DNA of 64,000 bases. Origin: Campylobacteraceae bacterium (GTDB lineage Bacteria; Campylobacterota; Campylobacteria; Campylobacterales; JALSKU01). Location of the stretch: the NCBI GenBank assembly GCA_026993075.1, contig JALWUQ010000054.1:60676-124675 (forward strand), given 5' to 3'. Below, piece by piece: positions 40,099 to 51,552 of this stretch; position 1 is the stretch's first letter; each line of letters opens with the position of its first letter. Position numbers and translations under genes: made by a program. The notes beneath the pieces were generated by a model, which worked only from the letters and a program-made list of their open reading frames with translations, was not told where the DNA came from and did no database searches.

Positions 40099-42042
40099 AT
40101 GAGCGAAATATTTTACCCCAACAGGGATTTTAGCAAACAAGCTAATGTAAAAAATATGTGTGAGTACAAAGAGACTTGTGCAGAAGTAGATGATGATTAT
40201 GAAGGCTATTGGGATGAAATGGCCAAAGAAAAAATTGATTGGTACAAGCCGTATGATAAAGTTTTAGATGAAAGTAATGCACCTTTTTACAAATGGTTTA
40301 CAAACGGAAAATTAAATGTTACTCATCAGTGTATAGGAAGACATTTAAAAAGTAGAAAAAATAAAGCGGCTATTATATGGGAGGGCGAAGATGGTTCTAG
40401 AAGAATTATCACATATCTTCTTCTATTTTACAGAGTAAACAGATTTGCAAATTTACTTAAAAATAAATTCGGTGTAAAAAAAGGTGACAGAGTAGTTATA
40501 TATATGCCTATGATCCCTGAAGCTGCATTTGCTATGTTGGCTTGTGCAAAGATAGGAGCTATTCATTCGGTTGTTTTTGGCGGCTTTAGTGCCGAAGCTT
40601 TAAGTGATAGGATAAAAGATGCAAAAGCAAAAGTGGTTATTACTGCTGATGGTGCTTTTAGAAGAGGAAATCCTTATCTTCTTAAACCCATAGTTGATGA
40701 AGCTTTAGAAAAAGGTTGTGATTCGGTTGAAAATGTTTTAGTAGTCCAAAGAAACTTTGAAGAAATTGATATGGTTGAAGGAAGAGATCATATTTACAAT
40801 GATTTGATAAAACTTGAATCAGAATTTTGTGAAGCTGAAGAGATGGATAGTGAGGATCCTTTATTTTTACTTTATACTTCAGGAAGTACAGGTACACCAA
40901 AAGGTGTACAACACTCAGGTGCAGGATATATTCTCTGGGCTCAATATACAATGGAAAATGTATTTGATGTAAAAGAAAATGATACTTTCTGGTGTACAGC
41001 CGATGTTGGATGGATAACAGGTCATACATATATCGTCTATGGACCGCTTGCTATGGGGGCGACTACAATCATGTATGAAGGTGTGCCTTTGTATCCAAAT
41101 GCAGGAAGATGGTGGAAAATGATAGAAGAACTTAGAATAAACCAATTCTATACAGCCCCAACAGCTATAAGATTGCTTCATAAAGTAGGAGCAGACGAGC
41201 CGGCAAAATATGACTTAAGCAGCCTAAAAGTCTTAGGTACTGTCGGAGAACCTATAAATCCTGATGCTTGGTTATGGTATTATAATACCATAGGTGGAGG
41301 AAAATGTCCTATCGTTGATACTTGGTGGCAAACTGAAACCGGAGGACACATAGTAAGCCCACTTCCAGGAGCAACTCCTATAAAACCAGGCTCTGCAACA
41401 TTCCCGCTTCCTGGCATAAAGGCTGAAATTATAGATAAAGAGGGTAACCCTACTCCAAAAGGAGAAAAAGGACTTCTTTGCATTACTAAACCTTGGCCTA
41501 GTATGATACGAACTATCTGGGGAAATCCAGACAGATTTGTTAAGTCCTATTTTGGAGATTGCAAAAAAGATGGTAAACCTGTCTATTTTTCTGGTGACGC
41601 AGCTATTTATGATGATGACGGATATATCTTTATCACAGGCAGAACTGATGATGTTATAAATGTTTCAGGACACAGACTTGGAACTGCTGAGATAGAAGGC
41701 GTTATAGGTCATGAAGAGCATGTTGCCGAAGTAGCAGTTGTTGGTAAACCTGATGATATTAAAGGTGAAGGCGTATTTGCTTATATAGTCACCAAAAAAG
41801 AAATTGATGAAGAAAGTTTACTTAAAAATATCAATAAGCTTATTACAAAAGATATTGGACCAATTGCCAGAACAGATGGAATTCTTTTAGTACCGGGTCT
41901 TCCTAAGACTAGAAGTGGTAAAATTATGAGAAGAATTTTAAGATCTATTGCAAAAGGTGAAGAGATTACACAAGATATTTCAACTATTGAGGATTCTTCG
42001 ATAGTCGGAATCATAGAAAAGCTTTTTAAAAGTAAAAAGTAA
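40099..42042 (+). CDS. acs: acetyl-CoA synthetase (AMP-forming)
   Basis: 647 aa. [19 protein letters not shown] and the C-terminal [11 protein letters not shown] are present. Confidence 0.95.
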   Translation: MSEIFYPNRDFSKQANVKNMCEYKETCAEVDDDYEGYWDEMAKEKIDWYKPYDKVLDESNAPFYKWFTNGKLNVTHQCIGRHLKSRKNKAAIIWEGEDGSRRIITYLLLFYRVNRFANLLKNKFGVKKGDRVVIYMPMIPEAAFAMLACAKIGAIHSVVFGGFSAEALSDRIKDAKAKVVITADGAFRRGNPYLLKPIVDEALEKGCDSVENVLVVQRNFEEIDMVEGRDHIYNDLIKLESEFCEAEEMDSEDPLFLLYTSGSTGTPKGVQHSGAGYILWAQYTMENVFDVKENDTFWCTADVGWITGHTYIVYGPLAMGATTIMYEGVPLYPNAGRWWKMIEELRINQFYTAPTAIRLLHKVGADEPAKYDLSSLKVLGTVGEPINPDAWLWYYNTIGGGKCPIVDTWWQTETGGHIVSPLPGATPIKPGSATFPLPGIKAEIIDKEGNPTPKGEKGLLCITKPWPSMIRTIWGNPDRFVKSYFGDCKKDGKPVYFSGDAAIYDDDGYIFITGRTDDVINVSGHRLGTAEIEGVIGHEEHVAEVAVVGKPDDIKGEGVFAYIVTKKEIDEESLLKNINKLITKDIGPIARTDGILLVPGLPKTRSGKIMRRILRSIAKGEEITQDISTIEDSSIVGIIEKLFKSKK

Positions 42043-42056
42043 AAAAAGGAAGAAAT

Positions 42057-42245
42057 ATGAAAAACCACAAAGTTGTAAACATTAAGATAACCTACTCTCC
42101 AGAAATCATAAGTGATGAAGAGGATTTAGATAAAAAAATTAAAGAATTTTTAAACTATTTGAATTCACACAAAGGAGTGACAATTAGAGTCAAAAGACAT
42201 AATGTTGAGGTTGATTATATGCCTGATGAGTATGGCTTAGAATAA
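42057..42245 (+). CDS. small hypothetical protein downstream of acs
   Basis: 62 aa with a good SD (AGGAAG, 5 nt spacer). A terminator hairpin follows. I recognise no motif. Confidence 0.45.
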   Translation: MKNHKVVNIKITYSPEIISDEEDLDKKIKEFLNYLNSHKGVTIRVKRHNVEVDYMPDEYGLE

Positions 42246-42251
42246 AAAAGT

Positions 42252-42279
42252 AAAAAGAGGATTTTAACATCCTCTTTTT
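42252..42279. terminator. bidirectional intrinsic terminator between the acs operon and the convergent chemoreceptor gene
   Basis: AAAAAGAGGAT-tttaac-ATCCTCTTTTT forms an 11-bp stem with A and T runs on either side. Confidence 0.8.
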
Positions 42280-42281
42280 AC

Positions 42282-43373
42282 TTATGTAAGTCTTGCATTT
42301 TTCATAGCACCAAGAAGTATTTCAAAGGATTCGTCGCTATAGTGTTCAACTTTTTCTATATCTTTTAAAGCAGTATCAAAATCATGACTATCAAAATATT
42401 CATTTAAAACTTGTTTCAATATTTGATGGATTTGAATATGTTCTTGATTTATAGTGTTTAATGCTTGCTGATTTTTAGAAAGCAATTTTTTTACTTCACT
42501 ATTAAACCATTTTCCAAATCTACAAGAATCTTCATCAATAATATCTATCTTTTTGTTTTCTATAATAGATCTGTAACTTTGCAATTTCAATTTTATATGG
42601 TCAATCTTTCCATTGCTAATATTTAACTCTCTTTCTACATTAATAGTCATATTTTTAATGCCGGATGAATTTTCTTTTGCTCTATCTGCACTACTTTTAA
42701 AATCACCCAAAACCTCAGTACCATTTTGAACTTCTTCCTTGAATGTTTCAGTAGCTGATAGTATAGTAGATGTGCTTTGTTTTAATGTACTTATATTTAT
42801 CTCAACTTCCTGAGTGGCTTTTTGTGTTCTCTCAGCTAATTTTCTAACTTCATCTGCAACTACAGCAAATCCTCTCCCATGTTCACCTGCTCTTGCTGCC
42901 TCAATGGCTGCGTTTAAAGCAAGTAAATTTGTTTGATCACTTATATCTTTTATCAAATTTATGATATCTGATATAGAATTTACATGTTCATTAAGAGCAG
43001 TTGAATCATCTTGTAAATTACCTGTAACCTCTTCTATCTTTTGCATAGAGTTGACTACTGTATCAGTTTTAGTATCTATTTCATCCATAGTGTTTGTATT
43101 TTCTTCATTTAACTTATTAACTCTCTCAAGCATCATTAAATTTTCTTCTATAGTTCCTTGCAAAAAATTAACTCCACTATCGTAACTTTTTATAAGAATA
43201 TCTAACATTTTGATTTTTGCTTTGTCTTCATTATTAGTTTCTATTTTACCAACAATACTATCAGCTTGAAAGTTATTTTTTTGAGCTTTCATCTCATCTT
43301 TTAAGCTGCAATTTTCATTTTTTAGTTTTCTTATTTCTTCTTCTAACATGGCAATTTTTTTCCCAGAAAACAT
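42282..43373 (-). CDS. soluble methyl-accepting chemotaxis protein with a C-terminal CZB zinc-binding domain (TlpD-like)
   Basis: 363 aa with no TM. The signalling hairpin reads [34 protein letters not shown]. The CZB elements are H-x, CRFGKWF and HIQIH. Confidence 0.85.
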   Translation of the reverse strand: MFSGKKIAMLEEEIRKLKNENCSLKDEMKAQKNNFQADSIVGKIETNNEDKAKIKMLDILIKSYDSGVNFLQGTIEENLMMLERVNKLNEENTNTMDEIDTKTDTVVNSMQKIEEVTGNLQDDSTALNEHVNSISDIINLIKDISDQTNLLALNAAIEAARAGEHGRGFAVVADEVRKLAERTQKATQEVEINISTLKQSTSTILSATETFKEEVQNGTEVLGDFKSSADRAKENSSGIKNMTINVERELNISNGKIDHIKLKLQSYRSIIENKKIDIIDEDSCRFGKWFNSEVKKLLSKNQQALNTINQEHIQIHQILKQVLNEYFDSHDFDTALKDIEKVEHYSDESFEILLGAMKNARLT

Positions 43374-43461
43374 TTAATTATCCTTTTATTATAAATTAAC
43401 GAAAATTATACTATTGTAATAATAAATTTTATATTAATATGTCATTTACAAAGGAAAAACG

Positions 43462-45946
<2,485 letters not shown>

Positions 45947-46000
45947 TAGTATAAAATTTGGTAATTGAATTATACTCTACTATACTTAAATATTTATTAT

Positions 46001-46124
46001 TAACTAACCTTACGCACTATAATGAGCAAAGCTCTCTATAGTGGCAGAAACGCAAAGTCCCTACAACTCCTTGAAGCTTACGAAAAGTAGGACTTTTCGA
46101 GAAAAAAATGCGTAAGATTAGTTA
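46001..46124. repeat. inverted-repeat-bounded structured element, copy A (124 nt)
   Basis: The arms are TAACTAACCTTACGCA and TGCGTAAGATTAGTTA. Internal features are TATAAT at 46018-46023 and a 10-bp hairpin at 46054-46096. It is about 94% identical to copy B. Confidence 0.8.
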
Positions 46125-46343
46125 TTATTTCAGTGAACCACTACACACCTAAAGAGATGGCCGGATGTCACCGCGATTGGTGGCTAGTTTGAGCGTTATA
46201 TACAATATTGTAGCAAATAGACTGAATGTTTATTTGTATAATATATTGACTTCATAATAGTGTTATATTATAATATGACTGAAATTACAAATATTTCCAA
46301 TTCATCAAAAAGATTGTGATAAATTTTAATTATTTTATTGTAT

Positions 46344-46467
46344 TAACTGGTCTTACGCACTATAATGAGCAAAGCTCTCTATTGTGGCAGAAGCTCAAAG
46401 TCCCTACAACTCCTTGAAGCTTACGAAAAGTAGGACTTTTCGAGAAAAAAGTGCGTAAGATCAGTTA
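46344..46467. repeat. inverted-repeat-bounded structured element, copy B (124 nt)
   Basis: The arms are TAACTGGTCTTACGCAC and GTGCGTAAGATCAGTTA. It has the same orientation and the same internal hairpin (46397-46439) as copy A, with 8 mismatches in 124. Confidence 0.8.
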
Positions 46468-46503
46468 GCTGACTGACATATAAAAATAATATTTTATTAT
46501 AAA

Positions 46504-46771
46504 ATCTGACCTTACGCATTAAACACATATCTGAGCAAAAAGAGAAAGTGTCATATGCGAGGCAGATTTTTAAAAGCTTAGCCAAAGCTAAGGTAAAAAA
46601 ATCTAACGAAGTCAGATGATACTTTATCTTTTTGCCCGAAGGGTGGTATAATTTGCTCACAATTGCGTCGTTAGTAAGATTTGAAGCTACTAGTAGCTCC
46701 TGCATCTTACTGCCTATCACTTGAGAGTAACTTATACCACTCAGATATGTGTTTAATGCGTAAGGTCAGAT
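46504..46771. repeat. inverted-repeat-bounded structured element, copy C (268 nt, perfect 32-bp arms)
   Basis: ATCTGACCTTACGCATTAAACACATATCTGAG (46504-46535) is the exact reverse complement of 46740-46771. It shares the core CTTACGCA and the blocks TGAGCAAA, GGCAGA and AAGCTTA with A and B. It contains TGGTATAAT at 46644-46652. Confidence 0.8.
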
Positions 46772-46807
46772 AAAATTTTGTAAAATATTAAAAAGGAGTA
46801 AAATGCC

Positions 46808-47938
46808 ATGTTATCTTTTAAAGAAAGAGCTATCTCATTACTGAAAAAAGCCGATGTTAAAATAAATGGAGACAGGCCTTGGGATATTCAAGTATATAAT
46901 GACAAGCTATATGAACGCACTTTGCTTGGTGGTACTATCGCTTTTGGAGAAGCATATATGGATGGATGGTGGAGTGCAGAAAAACTGGATCAATTTTTTG
47001 CGAAAATTTTGGGTGCTTACTTAGACGAAGAGCTGAAATCCCCTATTTTATTATTTTATTATCTTAAATCTGCCTTGTTTAATCCGCAAACAGAGAAAAA
47101 AGCATTCAAAGTCGGAGAAGTACATTATGATATTGGTAATGATTTATATTCAAAAATGCTTGATAAAAGGATGGTTTATACCTGTGGATACTGGGATGGC
47201 TTTCAAGATATTCCACCAGCATCCAATCTCGATGAAGCTCAAGAAAATAAATTGGAAATAATATGCAGGAAAATAGGACTTAAAAAAGGTGACAATGTTT
47301 TAGATATAGGCTGTGGCTGGGGAAGTTTCATAAGATATGCGGCAGAAAAGTATCAAGCAAACTGTGTAGGAATTTCTGTATCTAAAAAACAAGTTGATTA
47401 TGGAAATAAATCAAAAGGTGATTTGTCAATAGAATATAGATTGCAAGATTACAGAGATATTGATGAAAAGTTTGATCATATTGTATCTGTTGGAATGTTT
47501 GAACATGTTGGATATAAAAATTATAAAACTTATATGGAAGTTGTCAATAAAAATCTCAAAGATGATGGTCTTTTTTTGCTACATACCATAGGATGCAATA
47601 TTAGCACAACTGCAACAGATCCGTGGATAAATAAATATATTTTTCCAAATTCAATGCTCCCTTCTGCTGCACAAATTTCAAAATCTGTTGAAAATTTATT
47701 TGTTATTGAGGATTGGCATAATTTTGGGATAAACTATGATCATACCTTGATGTCTTGGTATAATAATTTCAAAAAATATTGGCCTGATATAAAAGGTCAT
47801 TATAATGAGAGATTTTATAAAATGTGGGAATTTTATCTTTTATCATCAGCTGCAACATTTCGTATAAGAAGAAACCAGGTTTGGCAAATAGTTTTATCAA
47901 AGCACGGCATAAAAGACGGATACAAAAGGATTGTATAA
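46808..47938 (+). CDS. cfa: cyclopropane-fatty-acyl-phospholipid synthase
   Basis: 376 aa. SAM motif VLDIGCGWG and HYDIGNDLY are present, with a typical CFA synthase C-terminus. SD AAGGAGT lies at 46793-46799. Confidence 0.92.
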   Translation: MLSFKERAISLLKKADVKINGDRPWDIQVYNDKLYERTLLGGTIAFGEAYMDGWWSAEKLDQFFAKILGAYLDEELKSPILLFYYLKSALFNPQTEKKAFKVGEVHYDIGNDLYSKMLDKRMVYTCGYWDGFQDIPPASNLDEAQENKLEIICRKIGLKKGDNVLDIGCGWGSFIRYAAEKYQANCVGISVSKKQVDYGNKSKGDLSIEYRLQDYRDIDEKFDHIVSVGMFEHVGYKNYKTYMEVVNKNLKDDGLFLLHTIGCNISTTATDPWINKYIFPNSMLPSAAQISKSVENLFVIEDWHNFGINYDHTLMSWYNNFKKYWPDIKGHYNERFYKMWEFYLLSSAATFRIRRNQVWQIVLSKHGIKDGYKRIV

Positions 47939-48066
47939 TTCCTGCTTAAATAAAAAATCATTTTTTGCAGTACTCTTTAAATCCATATAAGTGCATAAGA
48001 TTTGGTTAAAATATGAATTATTAAGTAAATTTTAGATATACTCTCGCGAAAATAATTCAAGTTTAA

Positions 48067-50721
48067 GTGAGTTTTTCTATGAATAATACAACCAATAACA
48101 ATAAAAAAGTAACAGTTTATAATCCAAAAGAGATAGAAGACAAGTTTTATAATATTTGGGAAGATAGAGGCTATTTTGAGATTGATGGTAATAAAAATAT
48201 ACAAAAAGCAGATAAAAATTTTTGTATTATGATGCCTCCTCCAAATGTAACAGGCAGTCTTCATATAGGGCATGCTCTAACTTTTACACTACAAGATATA
48301 CTTACAAGATATAAAAGAATGGATGGATTTAAAACTCTTTGGCAACCAGGAACTGACCATGCAGGCATTGCAACTCAAAATGTTGTAGAAAAACAACTCT
48401 TAAAAGAGGGAAAAACAAAAGAAGAGATTGGAAGAGACGAATTTTTAAAAAAAATTTGGGAATGGAAAAAGTTTAGTGGTGGAACCATAATACACCAAAT
48501 GAGAAAACTTGGTATTTCTCCTGCTTGGAGCAGAGAGAGATTTACTATGGATGAAGGGCTTAAAAAAGCGGTTAAAAAAGCTTTTGTAAAACTTTATGAT
48601 GAAGGCTTGATAGTTCGTGGCAATTATATGGTCAACTGGTGTACGCATGATGGGGCGCTTAGCGATATTGAAGTTGAGTATGAAGAAAATCATCAAAAAT
48701 TATATTATCTTAAATATCCTCTAAAAAATAGCAATGACTTTATAACAGTAGCTACTACAAGACCGGAAACTTACTTTGGAGATACTGCCGTAATGGTCAA
48801 TCCAAATGATGAAAGATACAAAAACTATATCGGTAAAAGTGTCATACTTCCTTTGGTAGGCAAAGAGATAAAAATTATAGCTGATTTACATGTTGATAAA
48901 GAGTTTGGAACAGGTGCTGTAAAAGTTACCCCCGCACATGATCCAAATGACTATGAAGTTGGGAAAAGACATGGTTTGGAATTTATCACCGTATTTGATG
49001 AAAAGGGGATATTAAATAAATTTGCCGGTGAATTTAAAGGCTTAGAAAGACTTGATGCAAGAGATAAAGTGATAGCAAAACTTCAAGAAGAAGGGTTTGT
49101 TGAAAAAACAGAAGATTATGTCAATCAGGTAGGACATTGTTATAGATGTAAAAACATTGTCGAGCCTTATATATCAAAACAGTGGTTTATAAAAAAAGAG
49201 ATTGCGAGTAATGCCATAAAAAAAACAAATGAAGGAGAAGCCTCATTCTATCCGTCTCATTGGCTAAATTCATATAATGCTTGGATGAGTGAGCTAAGAG
49301 ATTGGTGTATATCAAGACAACTTTGGTGGGGCCACCAAATACCTGTTTTTTATTGTGATAAATGTGGTCATGAATGGGCAAGCGAAAAAGATGAGCAGAA
49401 AAATTGTCCAAAATGTGGTAGTAACGAAATCCATCAAGACCCTGATGTTCTTGATACCTGGTTTAGCTCTGGTCTTTGGCCTTTTTCAACTTTGGGCTGG
49501 GGAAACGGAAATGAACTTAAAAATATCAAATGGTTTGAAAATGATTTAAAAGATTTTTATCCAAACTCTATCCTGATAACAGGCTTTGACATACTGTTTT
49601 TCTGGGTTGCAAGGATGATGTTTTCAGGAGAGCATTTTCTAAATAAACTTCCTTTTAAAGATATTTATCTTCATGCTCTAGTAAAGGATGAATATGGTCA
49701 AAAAATGAGTAAATCAAAAGGTAATGTTGTTGATCCGCTTGATATAATTGATGAATATAGTGCCGATACTCTTAGATTTACTCTTGCTGTTTTGGCTGTT
49801 CAAGGTCGAGATATAAAACTTTCCAAGGAAAAAATAGAACAGATAAGAAACTTTACTAATAAACTTTTTAATGCATCAAGGTATCTGCTTTTAAACCAAG
49901 ATAGTTTTGAAGATATGAATAAAATAGTTTTTAAAACAGAACTTGGCAAATATATAAAAAGCAGATTTAATTCAGCGGTTAAAGAAACAAGAGAATTTTT
50001 AGATATTTATAGATTTAACGATGCTGCTACTGTACTGTACCGATTTTTATGGGGCGAATTTTGTGATTGGGGCATAGAGTTTAGCAAAGCTTCAAAACAG
50101 AGCATTAACGAACTTGGAGCCATATTTAAAGAATCCATGAAACTGCTTCATCCTTTTATGCCATTTATCAGTGAATATATTTACCAAAATCTCTCAAATA
50201 CTGCCTTGGAAAACTCTACTTCCATAATGGTTAGCAAATATCCAAAAATTGGAGCAAAAGACGATAATATTGAGGAGCTTTTTTCTCTTGCAATGGAAGC
50301 CATTATATCCATAAGAAGAGCAAAATCCAACATAGAGCTTGCAAACAAAAGAATTGAAAAAGTAGTAATTAAAATAAATGATACAAAAAAACTAAAATCC
50401 GTTAAAAAATATATAGAACTTCTTGGTAAAGTTGAAAATATAACTTTTACCGATAATTCAATAGAAAACGCTATTGGAGATATAAGTCAAAATTTGGAAA
50501 TTTTTATTCCGCTTGAAGGAGTTGACTTAGTTCCCATTATAAAAAGACTTGAAAATCAGAAAAAGAAACTAGAAAAAGAAATAGCAAAATTAAACAGTAT
50601 GCTATTAAATAAAAATTTTATCAAAAATGCACCAAAAAGCATAATTGAGGAAAACCAAAATACACTTTTAAAAGCTGAGGAAAATTTAAAAACTATTAAT
50701 GATAGATTAAAAAAATTTTAA
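48067..50721 (+). CDS. valS: valyl-tRNA synthetase
   Basis: 884 aa. The HIGH motif is PNVTGSLHIGH and KMSKSKGN is present, with a C-terminal coiled coil. The start may be the ATG at 48079 rather than the GTG at 48067. Confidence 0.95.
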   Translation: MSFSMNNTTNNNKKVTVYNPKEIEDKFYNIWEDRGYFEIDGNKNIQKADKNFCIMMPPPNVTGSLHIGHALTFTLQDILTRYKRMDGFKTLWQPGTDHAGIATQNVVEKQLLKEGKTKEEIGRDEFLKKIWEWKKFSGGTIIHQMRKLGISPAWSRERFTMDEGLKKAVKKAFVKLYDEGLIVRGNYMVNWCTHDGALSDIEVEYEENHQKLYYLKYPLKNSNDFITVATTRPETYFGDTAVMVNPNDERYKNYIGKSVILPLVGKEIKIIADLHVDKEFGTGAVKVTPAHDPNDYEVGKRHGLEFITVFDEKGILNKFAGEFKGLERLDARDKVIAKLQEEGFVEKTEDYVNQVGHCYRCKNIVEPYISKQWFIKKEIASNAIKKTNEGEASFYPSHWLNSYNAWMSELRDWCISRQLWWGHQIPVFYCDKCGHEWASEKDEQKNCPKCGSNEIHQDPDVLDTWFSSGLWPFSTLGWGNGNELKNIKWFENDLKDFYPNSILITGFDILFFWVARMMFSGEHFLNKLPFKDIYLHALVKDEYGQKMSKSKGNVVDPLDIIDEYSADTLRFTLAVLAVQGRDIKLSKEKIEQIRNFTNKLFNASRYLLLNQDSFEDMNKIVFKTELGKYIKSRFNSAVKETREFLDIYRFNDAATVLYRFLWGEFCDWGIEFSKASKQSINELGAIFKESMKLLHPFMPFISEYIYQNLSNTALENSTSIMVSKYPKIGAKDDNIEELFSLAMEAIISIRRAKSNIELANKRIEKVVIKINDTKKLKSVKKYIELLGKVENITFTDNSIENAIGDISQNLEIFIPLEGVDLVPIIKRLENQKKKLEKEIAKLNSMLLNKNFIKNAPKSIIEENQNTLLKAEENLKTINDRLKKF

Positions 50722-50801
50722 AGTTTTCCAATAAAGACATTTTATGATATAATAATACTTTTAATTTTACATGATGATAGTGATATAATGGAAGGTAATT
50801 T

Positions 50802-51542
50802 TTGATGCGAATTTTTTTGTCTATCTTTTTGTTTGTTTCTGTTGTACTTGCATCTTCAAGCACAGAAGATAATATTATAAATAGTTTTGATACTTTATAC
50901 ACAAAAAAACAAAAAAAAGATTTTGATCCTTTAAAAGATTATAATATAATAATGACAAATTTAAATGATAAATTTTATACTCATATACTTTTCCCTATTG
51001 CCAAGGGATACAAAAAGATCATTCCTTCTCCTGCAAGAAAATCAGTTTCAAACTTTTTTAGCAATTTGCTGTTTCCAGTTAGGTTTATAAATAATATGCT
51101 ACAATTCAAATTTAAAAATTCGATTGAAGAAAGTAGTAGATTTCTTATAAATTCTACCATAGGATTAGCTGGATTGTTTGATGTGGCAAAAAAACAGTTT
51201 AAGCTTCAAGCACACAATGAAGATTTTGGACAAACACTTGGATATTATGGTTTTGGCGGAGGTTTTTATGTAGTCTGGCCAATTTTAGGCCCATCAAATT
51301 TTAGAGACAGCATAGGTTTTATTGCTGATTCTTTTATCGACCCTACCATATACATTGATGACAGGGACTACAATATTGTTCATAATGACGGTGAAGCTTT
51401 TATACTTGGAAGCTTTAAAATTGTAAACAAAGCTTCTTTCAATTATAAAAAGTATGAAGCAATTAAAAAAGGAAATGTTTTTTTATACCCTGTTTTAAAA
51501 GAGTTATATGAAAAACATAGAGAAAAACTTATAAAAGAATAA
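50802..51542 (+). CDS. mlaA: MlaA/VacJ-family outer-membrane lipoprotein
   Basis: 246 aa with a signal peptide. It carries the MlaA pattern DPLKDYNIIM..N........PIAKGYK...P...R..V.NFF.NL..P....N..LQ. Confidence 0.82.
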   Translation: MMRIFLSIFLFVSVVLASSSTEDNIINSFDTLYTKKQKKDFDPLKDYNIIMTNLNDKFYTHILFPIAKGYKKIIPSPARKSVSNFFSNLLFPVRFINNMLQFKFKNSIEESSRFLINSTIGLAGLFDVAKKQFKLQAHNEDFGQTLGYYGFGGGFYVVWPILGPSNFRDSIGFIADSFIDPTIYIDDRDYNIVHNDGEAFILGSFKIVNKASFNYKKYEAIKKGNVFLYPVLKELYEKHREKLIKE

Positions 51543-51552
51543 AGGATTTTGC

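Noticed and set aside
46047-46060. Resemblance of GAAACGCAAAGTCC in copy A to the ACGCAAAGC core of the c-di-GMP-I (GEMM) riboswitch.
   Set aside because: Copy B has GAAGCTCAAAGTCC at the same place, breaking the supposedly invariant ACGC. The rest of the GEMM architecture (GNRA tetraloop/receptor, second helix) is not present.
46022-46090. 22-codon ORF (MSKALYSGRNAKSLQLLEAYEK) in copy A and its counterpart in copy B. Considered as a possible type I toxin or leader peptide.
   Set aside because: The ATG overlaps the TATAAT box, so it would lie upstream of the likely transcription start. There is no SD, the peptide is hydrophilic (unlike type I toxins), and 3 of the 8 A/B differences are non-synonymous.
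46001-46467. Integron attC sites or a cassette array, suggested by the TAAC...GTTA ends and imperfect palindromes.
   Set aside because: The ends do not fit RYYYAAC/GTTRRRY. The spacers are too short to hold cassettes (219 and 36 bp). No intI is in the window and there is no extrahelical-base pattern.
46421-46720. 99-aa minus-strand ORF spanning repeat copies B and C.
   Set aside because: It runs across the repeat arms and the spacer, has no SD and shows no recognisable motif. Its reading frame is not preserved between the homologous elements. It is most likely a chance ORF in structured non-coding DNA.
46504-46771. Element C as 6S RNA, a retron msr-msd, or an IS110 bridge/omega-type guide RNA.
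   Set aside because: 6S closing stems are imperfect and enclose a characteristic central bubble not seen here. No reverse transcriptase, IS110/IS200-605 recombinase, TnpB or IscB gene is adjacent.
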